64,000 nt of DNA from Kiritimatiellia bacterium (lineage in GTDB: Bacteria > Verrucomicrobiota > Kiritimatiellia > RFP12 > UBA1067): NCBI GenBank assembly GCA_045595285.1, contig JAZOAC010000135.1, forward strand, positions 23,822-87,821. Direction: 5' to 3'. Shown here in pieces: positions 1-10,890 of the stretch. The notes under the pieces were generated by a model, which saw nothing but the letters and a program-made list of their open reading frames with translations, ran no database searches and was not told the DNA's origin. Position 1 is the first letter of the stretch, and each line of letters begins with the position of its first letter. A program made the position numbers and the translations under genes.

Positions 1-1
1 T

Positions 2-997
2 GAAAACAATTTCGGCAGTATCCCCGCCGTATTTCTCGACTGCAATCCCGACGACTTCAACTGCAATGTAAACATGGTTTGCCACGATTCAACGGCGACC
101 GGCACTCTTGCGGCAAAGGAACTGATGGTTCTCGGAAGAACTCACTTCGCATATGTTCCGTTCCCCGGATCATTCCGATGGTGCAGCGAACGTTACACCG
201 CATTCAAAAAAGCGCTCGCGATAAACGGATTTAACTGTTCACTGTTTTCTCATGCCGACAAAACATTCACGCTCCGTCGTCAGCGCCGTCTGACGGAATT
301 TCTCCTGCAATTACCTAAACCATGTTCAATTTTTGCGGCAAACGACCGTACTGCGGAGGAAATTTCCGCAGCGGCAACCTTTTCAGATTTGTCAATCCCG
401 GGAGATATAGCCTTGCTTGGCGCCGACAACTTTCTTGAAATATGCGAAAACACAGCACCCAACCTAAGCAGTATCGAACCTGATTTCCGACAGGGAGGCA
501 TTCTTTCCGCACTGCTGCTCGAGAGTGTCATCCATTCGAAAAACACCGCGAAGACTCAATGTCTTACATTCGGTCCGCTGCAAACCATCCGTCGCAGATC
601 AACAACGACAGTTTCATCGAACAAAACCGTCACTGATGCACTTGCACTTATTTCCGACATGGCATGCGGCGGATTGACGGCGGCAGACGTTGTCAAACTC
701 TTCAACTGTTCCAGAAGAGCGGCTGAAATCCAGTTCAGAAAGGCAACCGGCAAAAGTATTCTTAACGTAATCCACGAAACGCGACTTGAACGGACAAAGG
801 TTCTGCTTACAAACCCCTATCAGCAATTGAAGTCCATGTCCGACTTCTGCGGTTTCAAAAGTCAAAATTCCCTTCGCCGATTTTTCCGCAAGCAGACCGG
901 CATGACACTCTCTAGCTGGCAGAAGTCTATAGCGTCGAAATCATCGATGCGAGGCGGACGAACCGCAAACGCTAAAAAGGATCGGCCTCCCAGATAA
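2..997 (+). CDS. AraC-family transcriptional regulator with periplasmic-binding-protein-like sugar-sensor domain (XylR-like); 5' end runs off the window
   Basis: ORF 74..997. The frame stays open back to nt 2 (ENNFGSIPAVFLDCNPDDF...). C-terminal AraC HTH: FNCSRRAAEIQFRKATGKSILNVIHETRLERTKVLL ... SLRRFFRKQTGMTLSSWQK. TAA stop at 995-997. Confidence 0.8.
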   Translation, partial: ENNFGSIPAVFLDCNPDDFNCNVNMVCHDSTATGTLAAKELMVLGRTHFAYVPFPGSFRWCSERYTAFKKALAINGFNCSLFSHADKTFTLRRQRRLTEFLLQLPKPCSIFAANDRTAEEISAAATFSDLSIPGDIALLGADNFLEICENTAPNLSSIEPDFRQGGILSALLLESVIHSKNTAKTQCLTFGPLQTIRRRSTTTVSSNKTVTDALALISDMACGGLTAADVVKLFNCSRRAAEIQFRKATGKSILNVIHETRLERTKVLLTNPYQQLKSMSDFCGFKSQNSLRRFFRKQTGMTLSSWQKSIASKSSMRGGRTANAKKDRPPR

Positions 998-1003
998 CAA
1001 GCT

Positions 1004-3418
1004 TCAGAAAAGCGTCATCTGCCCTGGAATGTCGGAGAGCTTCTTGCGCGGGCGGCGCACGATCTTCTGCGCATCGACGTCAAGGTCGTTCGCTTCAAGA
1101 TTCGCGAGTATCCGCCCCGCACGGTCCACCACCGCCTTCGGCAGACCAGCCATCGCCGCGACATGGATGCCGAACGACTTTTCCGCCACGCCCGGCACGA
1201 TACGGCGCAAAAACACAATCCTCTCCCCATCCTGCTTGACGCGGACGGTCCAGTTCTTGACCCCGGAAAATCTGTCCGCAAGGTCGGTCAGTTCATGGTA
1301 GTGCGTAGCAAACAGGGTTTTCGCCTTTACCTGCGGATTCTCGTGCAGATACTCCGCCACACTCCACGCGATGGAGATTCCGTCAAACGTCGATGTGCCG
1401 CGTCCGATCTCATCCAGCACAATAAGCGACCGGGGCGTCGCATTGTTCAGTATGTTCGCCGCCTCCTGCATCTCCACGAGGAATGTCGAGCGCCCACGCG
1501 AGAAATCGTCGCCAGCACCGATACGGGTGAAGATGCGGTCGAGCGAACCGATTCGCATCCTTGCGGCGGGAACGAACGATCCCGCCTGCGCCATGGCGGC
1601 TATCGTCGCAACCTGACGGATGTAGGTGGATTTGCCGGCCATGTTAGGACCGGTGATGAGCATTATCTGATCGCTGGTGCAGTTCAGCGAAGTTGAGTTG
1701 GGGACGAACGGCTCGGCATCAGGAAGCTGCTCGATGATCGGGTGGCGGCCATCCTCAATCTCCAGCACATCCGAATCATCGACCTCCGGGCGCACATATC
1801 CGGCCGCAAGCGCGCGGTCCGCAAAGGACAGCACCGCATCCAACTCGCCTATCGCAACGGCGGTCCGCTGCACAGCGGCCGTCCGTTCCGCAATCCGGGC
1901 GACAATCCCCTTGAACAGTTCCTGCTCGAGCGCACAGGACTTGTCCTGAGCGCCTACGACCTTCTGCTCGTACTGCTTGAGTTCGGGCGTAATGAAGCGT
2001 TCGCCGGTGGTAAGTGTCTGGCGGCGCTCGTACTCCGGCGGAGCCTGATGCACAAACGTCTTGGATATCTCAATGTAGAAGCCGAACACGGAATTGCGGC
2101 GCACCTTGAGAGTCTTGATGCCTGTACGCTCAATCTCGCGCGACTGATATTCCGCGATCCAGCGATGCCCTTCAGCGGCGAGATTGCGCAGTTCATCAAG
2201 CTCCGGGCTGTAGCCTGGAGCGATCAGGTTGCCTTCTGAGAGGATGATGTTGGGCTCTTCGGTGATGCCGCGGTCTATCAGATCGACAATCTCCGTTTCC
2301 GGCATAAGGCGTGACCGGATATCCGACAGCGCCGCGCATGCAGACTCTAACGAGTCCTTCAGGTCCGGAACAGGACGCAACGACGCCGCAAGCGCCTTCA
2401 AGTCACGTGCGTTCGCCCGGCCCGAATCGACCTTTGCGATAAGGCGTTCAAGATCCCTTACACCATCAAGCCTGGACTGAAGAATCGACAGCGTGGTGCG
2501 ATCCCTCACGAATGCCTCTACGGCGTCAAGACGTGCATTGATCTCCTCCTGACGGCTGAGTGGCTGACGCAGCCACGCCGCCAGACGACGCGCTCCCATG
2601 GGGGTCTTCGTCGCATTGAGAGCACCGAAGAGCGATGCCTCGCGCGTAACGCCATCGCCGGGCAGAAGCGCCAGATGCCGTATCGTTCCCGCATCCAGGG
2701 CAAGCGAATCCGACGACTCCCGCAGACGTACGGAACGGATGTGGTCGACCGCATGGTGAAGCGTGGTGTGCACATAATAGAGCAGAGCTCCCGCCGCGGA
2801 GACAAGCGCCCCCTTCCCTTCCAATCCAAAACCGTCAAGCGATGCCACATTGAAATGCCGCCTCAGTTCTTCGGTTGCGGCGTCAAGCGAAAACGTCCAG
2901 CGGTTGGAGTCGTCCGGACGCAAGATTTCGGCGGGACGGTAGCGTGCCAGAGCATCGTCAAGCTGAAGCTCCGTCCCAAACCCCTCCACGAAAAATTCAC
3001 CTGTGGACAGATCGAGAACCGCAATGCCAAGCCCCGACACCGCCGCAATGTAGTTGTTGGAGCAATCTTCAAGCAAACCGTCTTCCGTAACCGTGCCGGG
3101 GGTGATAATTCTGGTCACCTCGCGCCTGACAAGCCCCTTCACGGTTTTCGGATCTTCGATCTGATCGCACAACGCCGCCGTCATTCCGGCACGTATGAGT
3201 TTCGATAGATGGTTGTTGAGAGCGTGATGGGGGACTCCGCACATCGGCATGTTTCCACGACGGGTGAGAGTCGCCCCCAGAACAGGCGAGGCAACGACGG
3301 CGTCCTCGCCGAACATTTCGTAGAAATCGCCCAGACGGAACATCAGTATCGCGCCCTTTGGTATCTCCGACTTGATCCGGAGATACTGGCGCATCATTGG
3401 TGTTAGTTCTTCTGCCAT
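1004..3418 (-). CDS. mutS: DNA mismatch repair protein MutS
   Basis: 804 aa. N-terminus TPMMRQYLRIKSEIPKGAILMFRLGDFYEMFGEDA, Walker A ITGPNMAGKSTYIRQ, and STFLVEMQE / LVLDEIGRGTSTFDG motifs. ATG start and TGA stop checked in the DNA. Confidence 0.97.
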   Translation of the reverse strand: MAEELTPMMRQYLRIKSEIPKGAILMFRLGDFYEMFGEDAVVASPVLGATLTRRGNMPMCGVPHHALNNHLSKLIRAGMTAALCDQIEDPKTVKGLVRREVTRIITPGTVTEDGLLEDCSNNYIAAVSGLGIAVLDLSTGEFFVEGFGTELQLDDALARYRPAEILRPDDSNRWTFSLDAATEELRRHFNVASLDGFGLEGKGALVSAAGALLYYVHTTLHHAVDHIRSVRLRESSDSLALDAGTIRHLALLPGDGVTREASLFGALNATKTPMGARRLAAWLRQPLSRQEEINARLDAVEAFVRDRTTLSILQSRLDGVRDLERLIAKVDSGRANARDLKALAASLRPVPDLKDSLESACAALSDIRSRLMPETEIVDLIDRGITEEPNIILSEGNLIAPGYSPELDELRNLAAEGHRWIAEYQSREIERTGIKTLKVRRNSVFGFYIEISKTFVHQAPPEYERRQTLTTGERFITPELKQYEQKVVGAQDKSCALEQELFKGIVARIAERTAAVQRTAVAIGELDAVLSFADRALAAGYVRPEVDDSDVLEIEDGRHPIIEQLPDAEPFVPNSTSLNCTSDQIMLITGPNMAGKSTYIRQVATIAAMAQAGSFVPAARMRIGSLDRIFTRIGAGDDFSRGRSTFLVEMQEAANILNNATPRSLIVLDEIGRGTSTFDGISIAWSVAEYLHENPQVKAKTLFATHYHELTDLADRFSGVKNWTVRVKQDGERIVFLRRIVPGVAEKSFGIHVAAMAGLPKAVVDRAGRILANLEANDLDVDAQKIVRRPRKKLSDIPGQMTLF

Positions 3419-3437
3419 TTTTCCAAAGAGTATCCTA

Positions 3438-6158
3438 TCATCTACCAGTCGACACCGAGAAAGAATGGGTGCCGCACGAAAGCTTCCTGTCAGGAGAGTC
3501 CGGCAGACGCAAAGTGGCTGTTGAGTTAGCCGGCACCGTCACCTGCACATGGACTGTTCCACCCTCTCGACGCCATTTGACGGAGATACGCCCATACATG
3601 CTCATTACGCTTGCAGACACATGATTGAGCTGTGGGATGAAATCAGGCGCAATGAGAAACTCCTTGAATGCGCAGACCTCTGGATCAGGCGTAGCCGCAG
3701 TGCCTCCATCAGGCAACCGTATGCCGGCGAGCCACTGATACGCCCAGCAGACAAAGTCGCCAAACATGATGTGGTTGCGCGAAGCGCCATCCTCCCAGTC
3801 TTCCCAAAGCGCCGTACCGCCCTTTCTCTGCCATGCGGCAGGCGACGGCTCTTCCGGATGGACAATCATGGCATAAGCGATATCGCTTCTTCCAGCCTCG
3901 CTCAACGCGCGAAGAGAATGCTTCATGCCCAGAACCCCCATCTGCGTCTTGCCGCCTGTTTTTTCAAACGAAGCGACAAGCTGCGCCCGTGCGGCGGCAA
4001 GATACTCTCCGGGAACGACCCCAAACGACAACGCCATGCCCTGCGCGGTCTGCCCACCGTTATCATACACGCCAGACGTTTTCATCAGCTTTGCGTTTAT
4101 GGAAGCTTTCGTTGCCGCAGCACCGGCGGCGAAGCGTTCCGCGTCATCCTTGAATCCCTTAAGCCCGGCAATTTTCGCAGCAATCTCCTGCGCCTGCATA
4201 TAGTAGCATGACGAAGTTAAAAGGGTTGATGGCATTGCCTTTGGATCCGCCGGCACCCAATCCCCAAGACCATGCTTTACAAGGCCATCCGTCGCTTTTG
4301 TCGCAGTGTAGGCCAGATAGCGCACAAGCGCAGGATATATCTCGTCGAGAACACGGCGGTTTCCGCGATAGATGTAGAGGTTCCATGCAATCACGGGCAA
4401 TGCTGAATCCCATGCGGGACCATTTCCCCACGCAAACCCCCACCCTGCCGAGGGAACTATCCCGGGGAGGTCTCCTTTTTCATTCTGCGCATCACAGATA
4501 TCCCGCAACCACTTTTCATATCCGCTTGTGTTTCCATAGCAATACTGGGCAAGCTCACATGCAAAGGACGCATCACCCATCCATCCGTTCTTTTCGCGAT
4601 GCGGACAATCCGTCGGGAATCCGTCCGTATAGTTTGACCTGAACGCGATATCGGCCATGTCCATCAGGCTGTTGAACACCGGATCGGAACATTCGAACGC
4701 CGCTTGACGAGGGAATGCGGTATGAATGAACTTCGCAACAATGTCATCTTTACGCAATTTGGTGCGCAGCCCGCGTATCACCACATACTGAAAACCGTTG
4801 TAGGTAAACTTCGGCTCGTACATCTCTACTTCAGAACCGGAACAGACTATTCGGTCGGTCTGAAACCCGGTATCGACGGTACATATGTTTGTGGAGGCGG
4901 AAGCGTCGAAATAGCAGTCGATCCGACGACGGTCCGGCCCGGATGCCGGCTTGCGAAGATCCCTGCTGTTTCCAGGTGAAGGCGCCACCGGAGAGAAATC
5001 CTTGTTGACACGCTCATCATAGCGAACGGAAACCACGTCCCCCTTATGTGCGCCACGTATCGCCAGACGCACCCAACCGGAAATATTCTTCGGAAATGCG
5101 ACCACCTGCACGTTCCCGGTGAATGAATGGATGGCAACAGGCCGAAACTCCTCGACAGCTTCTGCCGCATGATGCGACTCGGCAACAAGACGGCCAGATG
5201 GTCCTTTCACCACTACGGCAGGTATGACACTTGCACGATAATCGGGAAGAGATCCATCACAAACCCCAATTACCTCACCTTCACGGAAGTCGTCATATCC
5301 AATCGGACTCGGCATCTGCCTCCATGTACCGTCAGAAACAACGGTTTCAAATGAACCATCCGCATAAGTAAGTTCAAGTCGTGCAATCATGCATGGAGGA
5401 GCTTTCCAGGGCGCCTTCTCAAACCACCAGTGCGACAGTGCCCGCACGCAGTAAAGCCCGTGTCCGACAAGGACGGAAAGCGTATTTTCACCTTTCTTTA
5501 TCCCATCCTCAATCTGGTACGTAGAATACAGAACCGTTTTGCAGTAGTCTGTCGGAGACGGATCAAGCAATTTGGTACCGATGCGTCGTCCGTTCAATGA
5601 AGCCTCATAGTAGCCCAGACCGGTAATATGCAGGTCAGCCTTCACAGGCTTGGCTTTTGCCTTGAAGCTCTTCTCAAAGCAAGGTGTCGGAACCATGCTT
5701 CCGGATGAAATCCATTTTGCGCCCCAATCTTCTCTGAGCATCCCCCACTGCCATTTTGCAGGATAGCTCCAATCGCTCTCCCCTTCAGCAGTCCAGGTCT
5801 TTACCTGCCAAAAGACACGTTGCGATGGCTCAGGTGTCTTACCGGAGTAGGCTATGCCATATGTTTCACGTCCGCATATCCTACCTGAGTCCCAAAGATC
5901 CGCATTGCCGGACAAAAGACGATCTTCCGTGGACGCCGCCCGAATTCTCCATGCGACCTGCCCTTCACCCGACTGCCATGAAAGTCTCGGACGGGCAGTT
6001 TCAAGGCCGATCGGATCAGTGCGGTATTCACACTTCAACGACACAGGCCTGCCTCCACCGTAAACGGTAAAGACAACCAATACCGCAAGCATGCCGAAAA
6101 GGCCGCGCTTTGCCTCTTTGTCAAAATTCACGCATTCGCCAGATATGGATATTTTCAT
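3438..6158 (-). CDS. alpha-L-rhamnosidase-like glycoside hydrolase (GH78-type)
   Basis: 906 aa. N-terminal membrane/signal segment, then the typical GH78 N-domain opening LKCEYRTDPIGLETARPRLSWQ. Size and multi-domain layout fit bacterial rhamnosidases. Confidence 0.8.
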   Translation of the reverse strand: MKISISGECVNFDKEAKRGLFGMLAVLVVFTVYGGGRPVSLKCEYRTDPIGLETARPRLSWQSGEGQVAWRIRAASTEDRLLSGNADLWDSGRICGRETYGIAYSGKTPEPSQRVFWQVKTWTAEGESDWSYPAKWQWGMLREDWGAKWISSGSMVPTPCFEKSFKAKAKPVKADLHITGLGYYEASLNGRRIGTKLLDPSPTDYCKTVLYSTYQIEDGIKKGENTLSVLVGHGLYCVRALSHWWFEKAPWKAPPCMIARLELTYADGSFETVVSDGTWRQMPSPIGYDDFREGEVIGVCDGSLPDYRASVIPAVVVKGPSGRLVAESHHAAEAVEEFRPVAIHSFTGNVQVVAFPKNISGWVRLAIRGAHKGDVVSVRYDERVNKDFSPVAPSPGNSRDLRKPASGPDRRRIDCYFDASASTNICTVDTGFQTDRIVCSGSEVEMYEPKFTYNGFQYVVIRGLRTKLRKDDIVAKFIHTAFPRQAAFECSDPVFNSLMDMADIAFRSNYTDGFPTDCPHREKNGWMGDASFACELAQYCYGNTSGYEKWLRDICDAQNEKGDLPGIVPSAGWGFAWGNGPAWDSALPVIAWNLYIYRGNRRVLDEIYPALVRYLAYTATKATDGLVKHGLGDWVPADPKAMPSTLLTSSCYYMQAQEIAAKIAGLKGFKDDAERFAAGAAATKASINAKLMKTSGVYDNGGQTAQGMALSFGVVPGEYLAAARAQLVASFEKTGGKTQMGVLGMKHSLRALSEAGRSDIAYAMIVHPEEPSPAAWQRKGGTALWEDWEDGASRNHIMFGDFVCWAYQWLAGIRLPDGGTAATPDPEVCAFKEFLIAPDFIPQLNHVSASVMSMYGRISVKWRREGGTVHVQVTVPANSTATLRLPDSPDRKLSCGTHSFSVSTGR

Positions 6159-6165
6159 GGTGCAA

Positions 6166-6171
6166 ATTATA
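6166..6171 (-). promoter_or_regulatory. candidate -10 box (TATAAT) only 7 nt upstream of the GH78 ATG
   Basis: Minus strand reads GCGGTATAATTTGCACCATG. No Shine-Dalgarno between box and ATG. Confidence 0.2.
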
Positions 6172-6234
6172 CCGCAACCACCCCAATCAGAGCAATAGCA
6201 TGCGCAAAAGACAATAAATCAAGGGCAAACAGAT

Positions 6235-7260
6235 TTATCGCTGCACGCGACCGGTGCCGTTCCCCGCGGCGAGAGCCTCCACCTCTGAAACGGCAACGAG
6301 ATTGAAGTCATGCTCTATCGAATGCTTCAAACAGGATGCCGCCACTGCAAAATCGATGGCGGACTGATCACCACGCTTTGTAGCAAGCGCATATACGAGT
6401 CCGCCTCCGAACGAATCTCCGCCTCCTACACGGTCCACTATATGCACCTTGTATTCGGGAGAGAAGAACGCCTTGCCGGACTTTGCATCGTAAAGCATAC
6501 CAGCCCATAGATTGTCGAACGCCGACAGGGACGTACGCAACGTGATTGCAACCTTCTTGCACCCAAAGCGCTCAACCAACTGTTCAGCGACGGATACGTA
6601 GCCTTGCTTGTCGAGAGTCCCGTTTTCAACATCCGACCCCTCTCCGACAATGCCAAACACATCCGCAGCATCGGCTTCATTTGCAATGAGTACATCTACA
6701 TATGGCACAAGTTTCGCCATGCAACGTCCCGCCTCAGCTTTCGACCAGAGTTTTCCGCGGTAGTTGAGGTCGCAACTTACCGTGATCTTGTGTGCTCTGC
6801 AATATTCAAGAGCATCAAGGCATATCTCCGGCAGTTCGCCGCCCAACGCTGGCGTGATGCCGGTAAAATGGAACCACTTGACTCCTTTCAATATCTTCGC
6901 CCAATCGAAATCGGCACGCTTGGCACTTGCGATTGAACTTCCGGCACGGTCATAGACCACCTTTGACGCCCGCTGGGATGCCCCTTTCTCGACAAAATAC
7001 AGTCCAAGACGCGGTCCACCCCAGACTATATCCTTCGTATCCACACCGAAATGGCGCACTGCATTTCGCGCGGCCTCGCCAAGGGGATTGGACGGCAGCT
7101 TCGTCACAAACGAAGCGTCAAGTCCATAGTTCGCAAGCGAAACCGCAACATTCGCCTCGCCACCGGCATACGTCGCCTCAAATCGTTCCGCCTGTACAAA
7201 TCGCAGATACCCCTCCGGGTTCAGGCGCATCATGATTTCTCCAAAACAAACCACCTTCAT
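6235..7260 (-). CDS. kdgK: 2-dehydro-3-deoxygluconokinase / 2-keto-3-deoxy-sugar-acid kinase (PfkB family)
   Basis: 341 aa. MKVVCFGEIMMRLNPEGYLRFVQAERFEATYAGGEANVAVSLANYG and the PfkB C-terminal motif VDRVGGGDSFGGGLVYAL. Confidence 0.85.
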   Translation of the reverse strand: MKVVCFGEIMMRLNPEGYLRFVQAERFEATYAGGEANVAVSLANYGLDASFVTKLPSNPLGEAARNAVRHFGVDTKDIVWGGPRLGLYFVEKGASQRASKVVYDRAGSSIASAKRADFDWAKILKGVKWFHFTGITPALGGELPEICLDALEYCRAHKITVSCDLNYRGKLWSKAEAGRCMAKLVPYVDVLIANEADAADVFGIVGEGSDVENGTLDKQGYVSVAEQLVERFGCKKVAITLRTSLSAFDNLWAGMLYDAKSGKAFFSPEYKVHIVDRVGGGDSFGGGLVYALATKRGDQSAIDFAVAASCLKHSIEHDFNLVAVSEVEALAAGNGTGRVQR

Positions 7261-7317
7261 TGCTTTCTCCTTTCTTCAGATGGGGCGTTGAGAACAATGC
7301 GCCCTGACATTCTGAAC

Positions 7318-7968
7318 TTAGACATTTACATTTTTAACAAGTTCTCTGGCTGCATCGGCTATCTTATCCCATGCGGCCGATGCAATCCACTCCTTGTTTG
7401 TGAGATTGCCGCCAACTCCAACGCCGACACATCCTGCCCGCATGAAGTCAGCCGCATTTTTCACCGACACACCTCCCACGGCAAGAAACGGAATGTGCGA
7501 AAGCGGGGCGCGGACGGCCTTCACGTAATCAGGGCCAAGCGATCCCGCCGGAAACAGCTTCACAAAACTCGCTCCCGCCTCCCAGGCTTCAACCGCCTCA
7601 GATGGGGTAAAGGCGCCAGGCAGGGCCGCAAGACCGCGCCCGACAGCAGTTCTGATAAGGCATGGCTTTACATTCGGAGTTACAATGTATTCGCCACCGG
7701 CATCCTCACACATGGAAAGTTGCTCTTCTGTGAGCACAGTACCCGCACCGACACGCATCTCGTCAGCGAACTCTCTGCGAATTGCCTTGATCGCCGCTGC
7801 GGTATCCTTCCACGTGTCTGGAGCTTTCTGGTTGAACGTGACCTCAACAAGCCTTATGCCGCCCTGTCTGTAGGAGTCAGCAAGTTTCAGGCATATATCC
7901 GGAGCGAAGCCGCGAACAATGGCGACGACCTTCGTATCCAGCACAATCTTTTCAATCTCTTCTTTCAT
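7318..7968 (-). CDS. eda: KDPG/KHG (or KDPGal) aldolase
   Basis: 216 aa. VVAIVRG ... GGIRLVEVTFN ... GAGTVLT ... FVKLFPA (Schiff-base Lys context) ... FLAVGGV. The start lies 1 nt after the symporter stop. Confidence 0.85.
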   Translation of the reverse strand: MKEEIEKIVLDTKVVAIVRGFAPDICLKLADSYRQGGIRLVEVTFNQKAPDTWKDTAAAIKAIRREFADEMRVGAGTVLTEEQLSMCEDAGGEYIVTPNVKPCLIRTAVGRGLAALPGAFTPSEAVEAWEAGASFVKLFPAGSLGPDYVKAVRAPLSHIPFLAVGGVSVKNAADFMRAGCVGVGVGGNLTNKEWIASAAWDKIADAARELVKNVNV

Positions 7969-7969
7969 A

Positions 7970-9460
7970 TCAGACCTTCCCTTCTCGAGCTGCGAACACC
8001 GCCATCTGACGTTCTTCCCAGGATGCCGAACTGCGCGGCGTAATCAGCGAAACCGCCACACCAGCAGCAACTGCAATAGCCGTGGATGGAATGGCGGGGC
8101 CTCCGAACGCAAGCTTCACCCAATCTGCAAATGCAGGAACAAGCAATACGACAAGCCCGAACATAGTACCCGAAAGGACAGAGGCATATGCACCCTGCCA
8201 TGTGGAGCGCCGCCAGAAACGTCCGAGCAGCATCGTAACGCCAACCCCGGGCAAGAGCGACCCAACAACTTTCTGGAAATATGCAATCACGTCACCGACG
8301 AAAAGTGTGATGACGAACGCGAGCGCGAGCGCAATAATCAGCGCAATGCGACTCGCAAACGCATAGTTCTTCTCAGCTATACGTCGTCCTGTGAGCGAAG
8401 GAATCACATCCGTAAGCAGGATCGTCACCCCTGAAATCGCGTCCGAACCTCCCGAACTCATCGTTGCCGACATTCCGCAAATGAGGAACATGAGACCTAT
8501 CGCAGGACCAAGAACATTTGTCGCCATATAGGAGAATGCATAATCCCCGGATTCGAGCGTATGCCCGTTCTTGACCATGATCGCGTAAGCGCTCATGCCG
8601 ATAAGTGCGGTAACAAAACTCCATACGAACATCATTCCGCTCTGTCCAAGAAACGCGCGACGAGCCACCCCTTCATCCCTGGAGGTGTATATCCTGGTTC
8701 TGTATGTCGGGGTGCCTACCACACCCATCACTGTGGAGAATATGAGCGCCACCGCCGCCAGGAGCCCATAACTGCCAAGTCCATAGAACTCCATTGCGCC
8801 CGGCTTGCCCGCCGCCGTGAACGTCTGCACGATAGCGTCATATCCGCCCGCGAGCGGCAATGCCTTGATCGCGATGAAGGAAAATCCGCCGATTATCGCA
8901 CAGAATTGAATCACATCAGCCTTGACCACCGCGACATATCCGCCGATGAACACATATGCCCCGAATCCGCAGACTGTTATCAGCTTGCACCATGTGGGAT
9001 CGATTCCAAGTACATATGAAAGGTACTTAGAGCCTCCGTTCACATGGTTTCCGATCCAGATGATTTCAATAACGAACATCATGAATCCCATCAACTGCCG
9101 CACCCGTCTATCTCCGCCATAGTAGTATTGAGCCTCTTCACTCATTGTGATGAAGTTCTTGCTGCGGATCGGTACAAACAAGGAAAGCAGCAGCAGTCCA
9201 AGTGCGCTTCCAAGACCGAAGATCGCTCCGCCCCAACCATGATTGAATCCGTCCCCGATGGCACCGATCGACGAACCCGTGCCGATAATCGTCGCGCCGA
9301 GCGTGCAAAAAATGAGAAAGAGACTCATGTCGCTGCCGCCGGTCAGAAACTTCTCTCCTTCACGCTTACCACGGCTTCCCCAAAAGCCCACACCTATGAT
9401 AAATATCATCCAAATGATGAACCCGCCCAGAAACAGCGGTATGTATTTTGCATCAAGCAT
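7970..9460 (-). CDS. sodium:solute symporter family (SSF) transporter
   Basis: 496 aa, highly hydrophobic with about 13 predicted TM segments. SSF-like N-terminus (FLTGGSDMSLFLIFCTLGATIIGTGSSIG). Confidence 0.85.
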   Translation of the reverse strand: MLDAKYIPLFLGGFIIWMIFIIGVGFWGSRGKREGEKFLTGGSDMSLFLIFCTLGATIIGTGSSIGAIGDGFNHGWGGAIFGLGSALGLLLLSLFVPIRSKNFITMSEEAQYYYGGDRRVRQLMGFMMFVIEIIWIGNHVNGGSKYLSYVLGIDPTWCKLITVCGFGAYVFIGGYVAVVKADVIQFCAIIGGFSFIAIKALPLAGGYDAIVQTFTAAGKPGAMEFYGLGSYGLLAAVALIFSTVMGVVGTPTYRTRIYTSRDEGVARRAFLGQSGMMFVWSFVTALIGMSAYAIMVKNGHTLESGDYAFSYMATNVLGPAIGLMFLICGMSATMSSGGSDAISGVTILLTDVIPSLTGRRIAEKNYAFASRIALIIALALAFVITLFVGDVIAYFQKVVGSLLPGVGVTMLLGRFWRRSTWQGAYASVLSGTMFGLVVLLVPAFADWVKLAFGGPAIPSTAIAVAAGVAVSLITPRSSASWEERQMAVFAAREGKV

Positions 9461-9486
9461 TCTTATTTTCTCTCATTTGAATGGTT

Positions 9487-10878
9487 TTATATCCGTTTCG
9501 TTGCATTTGCAGCCTTACGAGGGGAAAATTCCAACACCTTGACGATTTTTTTGTTGTAGATGTCATGCACTGTCACTTTTAATTTTCCGTTTTCCGTCTT
9601 TCCCTCTATGACCGTCTGAAACTGTCCGCGGGCATTGTTCCATCTCCATCCTCCCGCAACAAGATGCGCCCAAGGACGGTCTTCGACGGGAGCATCATAA
9701 CGATATTTGTGGGTGTGAGCCGTCACAACAAGCTGTACGCCAGCCTTGATGAACAACGGTCCCCACATTTTCGAACAGGCTCTCTGCCAACTTGCAAAAT
9801 CCGTACGGTAGCGCGGGTCAGTATCGTTTGGATAGATGTCACCGGGGTTGCTTGTCGGATCGGAATCGAACAGCGGTATGTGGCAGAACGCGACAATGTA
9901 CGGGGCTGACTTTATCTCGGGACGTTCCAGCGCGTCGGCAAGCCATGCGGTCTGAGCGACACGATACGGCTCACTGCAGAAAAGCCCAGCGAACACATCA
10001 CGGGAATCAAGCTTGTCCTCGGCGGTATCCAACCCTATCAAAGCGATGTCGCCCTGCCGGAAAGCGAAATTTCTCCCAAGATCCCAGTCACGTGAAAGCC
10101 GCTCCTCCGGCTGGCGGAACATCACCACCTTCTCCAGTCTGCGGCATGCCATGCCTCGCATGTCATGATTGCCTGGCACGAAGCATACCGGCATCTCCGA
10201 AGCATAATCGCGACGTTCGATCGGAGGCGCGAGAAAAATATTGCGAAGGCTTTCGATCGTTTCCTGGGTATTACAGGCGTCACCATTCCAAATTACCACC
10301 GCAGGATTCAATTCCGCAACTTTGTCCGTCACCTGGGCGAACTCTTCCCATTTCGCGTGGGTATCGTTGTACACGCAGAAATGAGACCTTGCATCCTCCC
10401 CGGACGTGGTGAACGTATAAACCCGCGGATCCTGTTCAACGCCTATGATGCGCATCTTGTATCCGCCGCCGTAGAATATGCGGTCAGCCCCGATGCGGTA
10501 GAAATACTTTGTTGACGGTTTGAGACCGGTAAGCCTGACCAACATGACCTTATCGTTCATGTCTGTCACGCGGAATCCTCCGCACTTGACCTTGCGCGCA
10601 TTCCTCATATCCGCAAATTCCGAATACTCGACGAAACCGTTGGCCATCGCACTCACGGCAAATGCGACACCCATGGAAGTCGGCGCCGGATTCTGGAGCA
10701 TCGGAGCGGAAATTATCAGTTTTCCGGATGCGGACCGGGAATATCCTGTGTCTATTTCCGCGACAGCTTTGACACTCGCTCCGCCTGAGTGATCTACACT
10801 CCTTTGCGACACGCATCCAACACCTGCAACCGATGAGGCAACGGCGGCAAACGACTTTACAAAATCACGTCTGTTCAT
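9487..10878 (-). CDS. Tat-exported metallophosphoesterase (purple-acid-phosphatase-like)
   Basis: 463 aa. Twin-arginine leader MNRRDFVKSFAAVASSVAG. Metallophosphatase motifs NDTH, GDACN, GNHDMRG, CHIPLF, AHTHKY. N-terminal beta-sandwich-like region. Confidence 0.75.
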   Translation of the reverse strand: MNRRDFVKSFAAVASSVAGVGCVSQRSVDHSGGASVKAVAEIDTGYSRSASGKLIISAPMLQNPAPTSMGVAFAVSAMANGFVEYSEFADMRNARKVKCGGFRVTDMNDKVMLVRLTGLKPSTKYFYRIGADRIFYGGGYKMRIIGVEQDPRVYTFTTSGEDARSHFCVYNDTHAKWEEFAQVTDKVAELNPAVVIWNGDACNTQETIESLRNIFLAPPIERRDYASEMPVCFVPGNHDMRGMACRRLEKVVMFRQPEERLSRDWDLGRNFAFRQGDIALIGLDTAEDKLDSRDVFAGLFCSEPYRVAQTAWLADALERPEIKSAPYIVAFCHIPLFDSDPTSNPGDIYPNDTDPRYRTDFASWQRACSKMWGPLFIKAGVQLVVTAHTHKYRYDAPVEDRPWAHLVAGGWRWNNARGQFQTVIEGKTENGKLKVTVHDIYNKKIVKVLEFSPRKAANATKRI

Positions 10879-10890
10879 AATGTCCTCTGG

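Noticed and set aside
6150-6175. Leaderless translation of the GH78 gene, because TATAAT lies 7 nt upstream of its ATG with no RBS.
   Set aside because: This rests on a single hexamer match with no -35 or TG extension. An internal start (MLAVLVVF…) is also possible. It is recorded only as a low-confidence feature, not as a finding.
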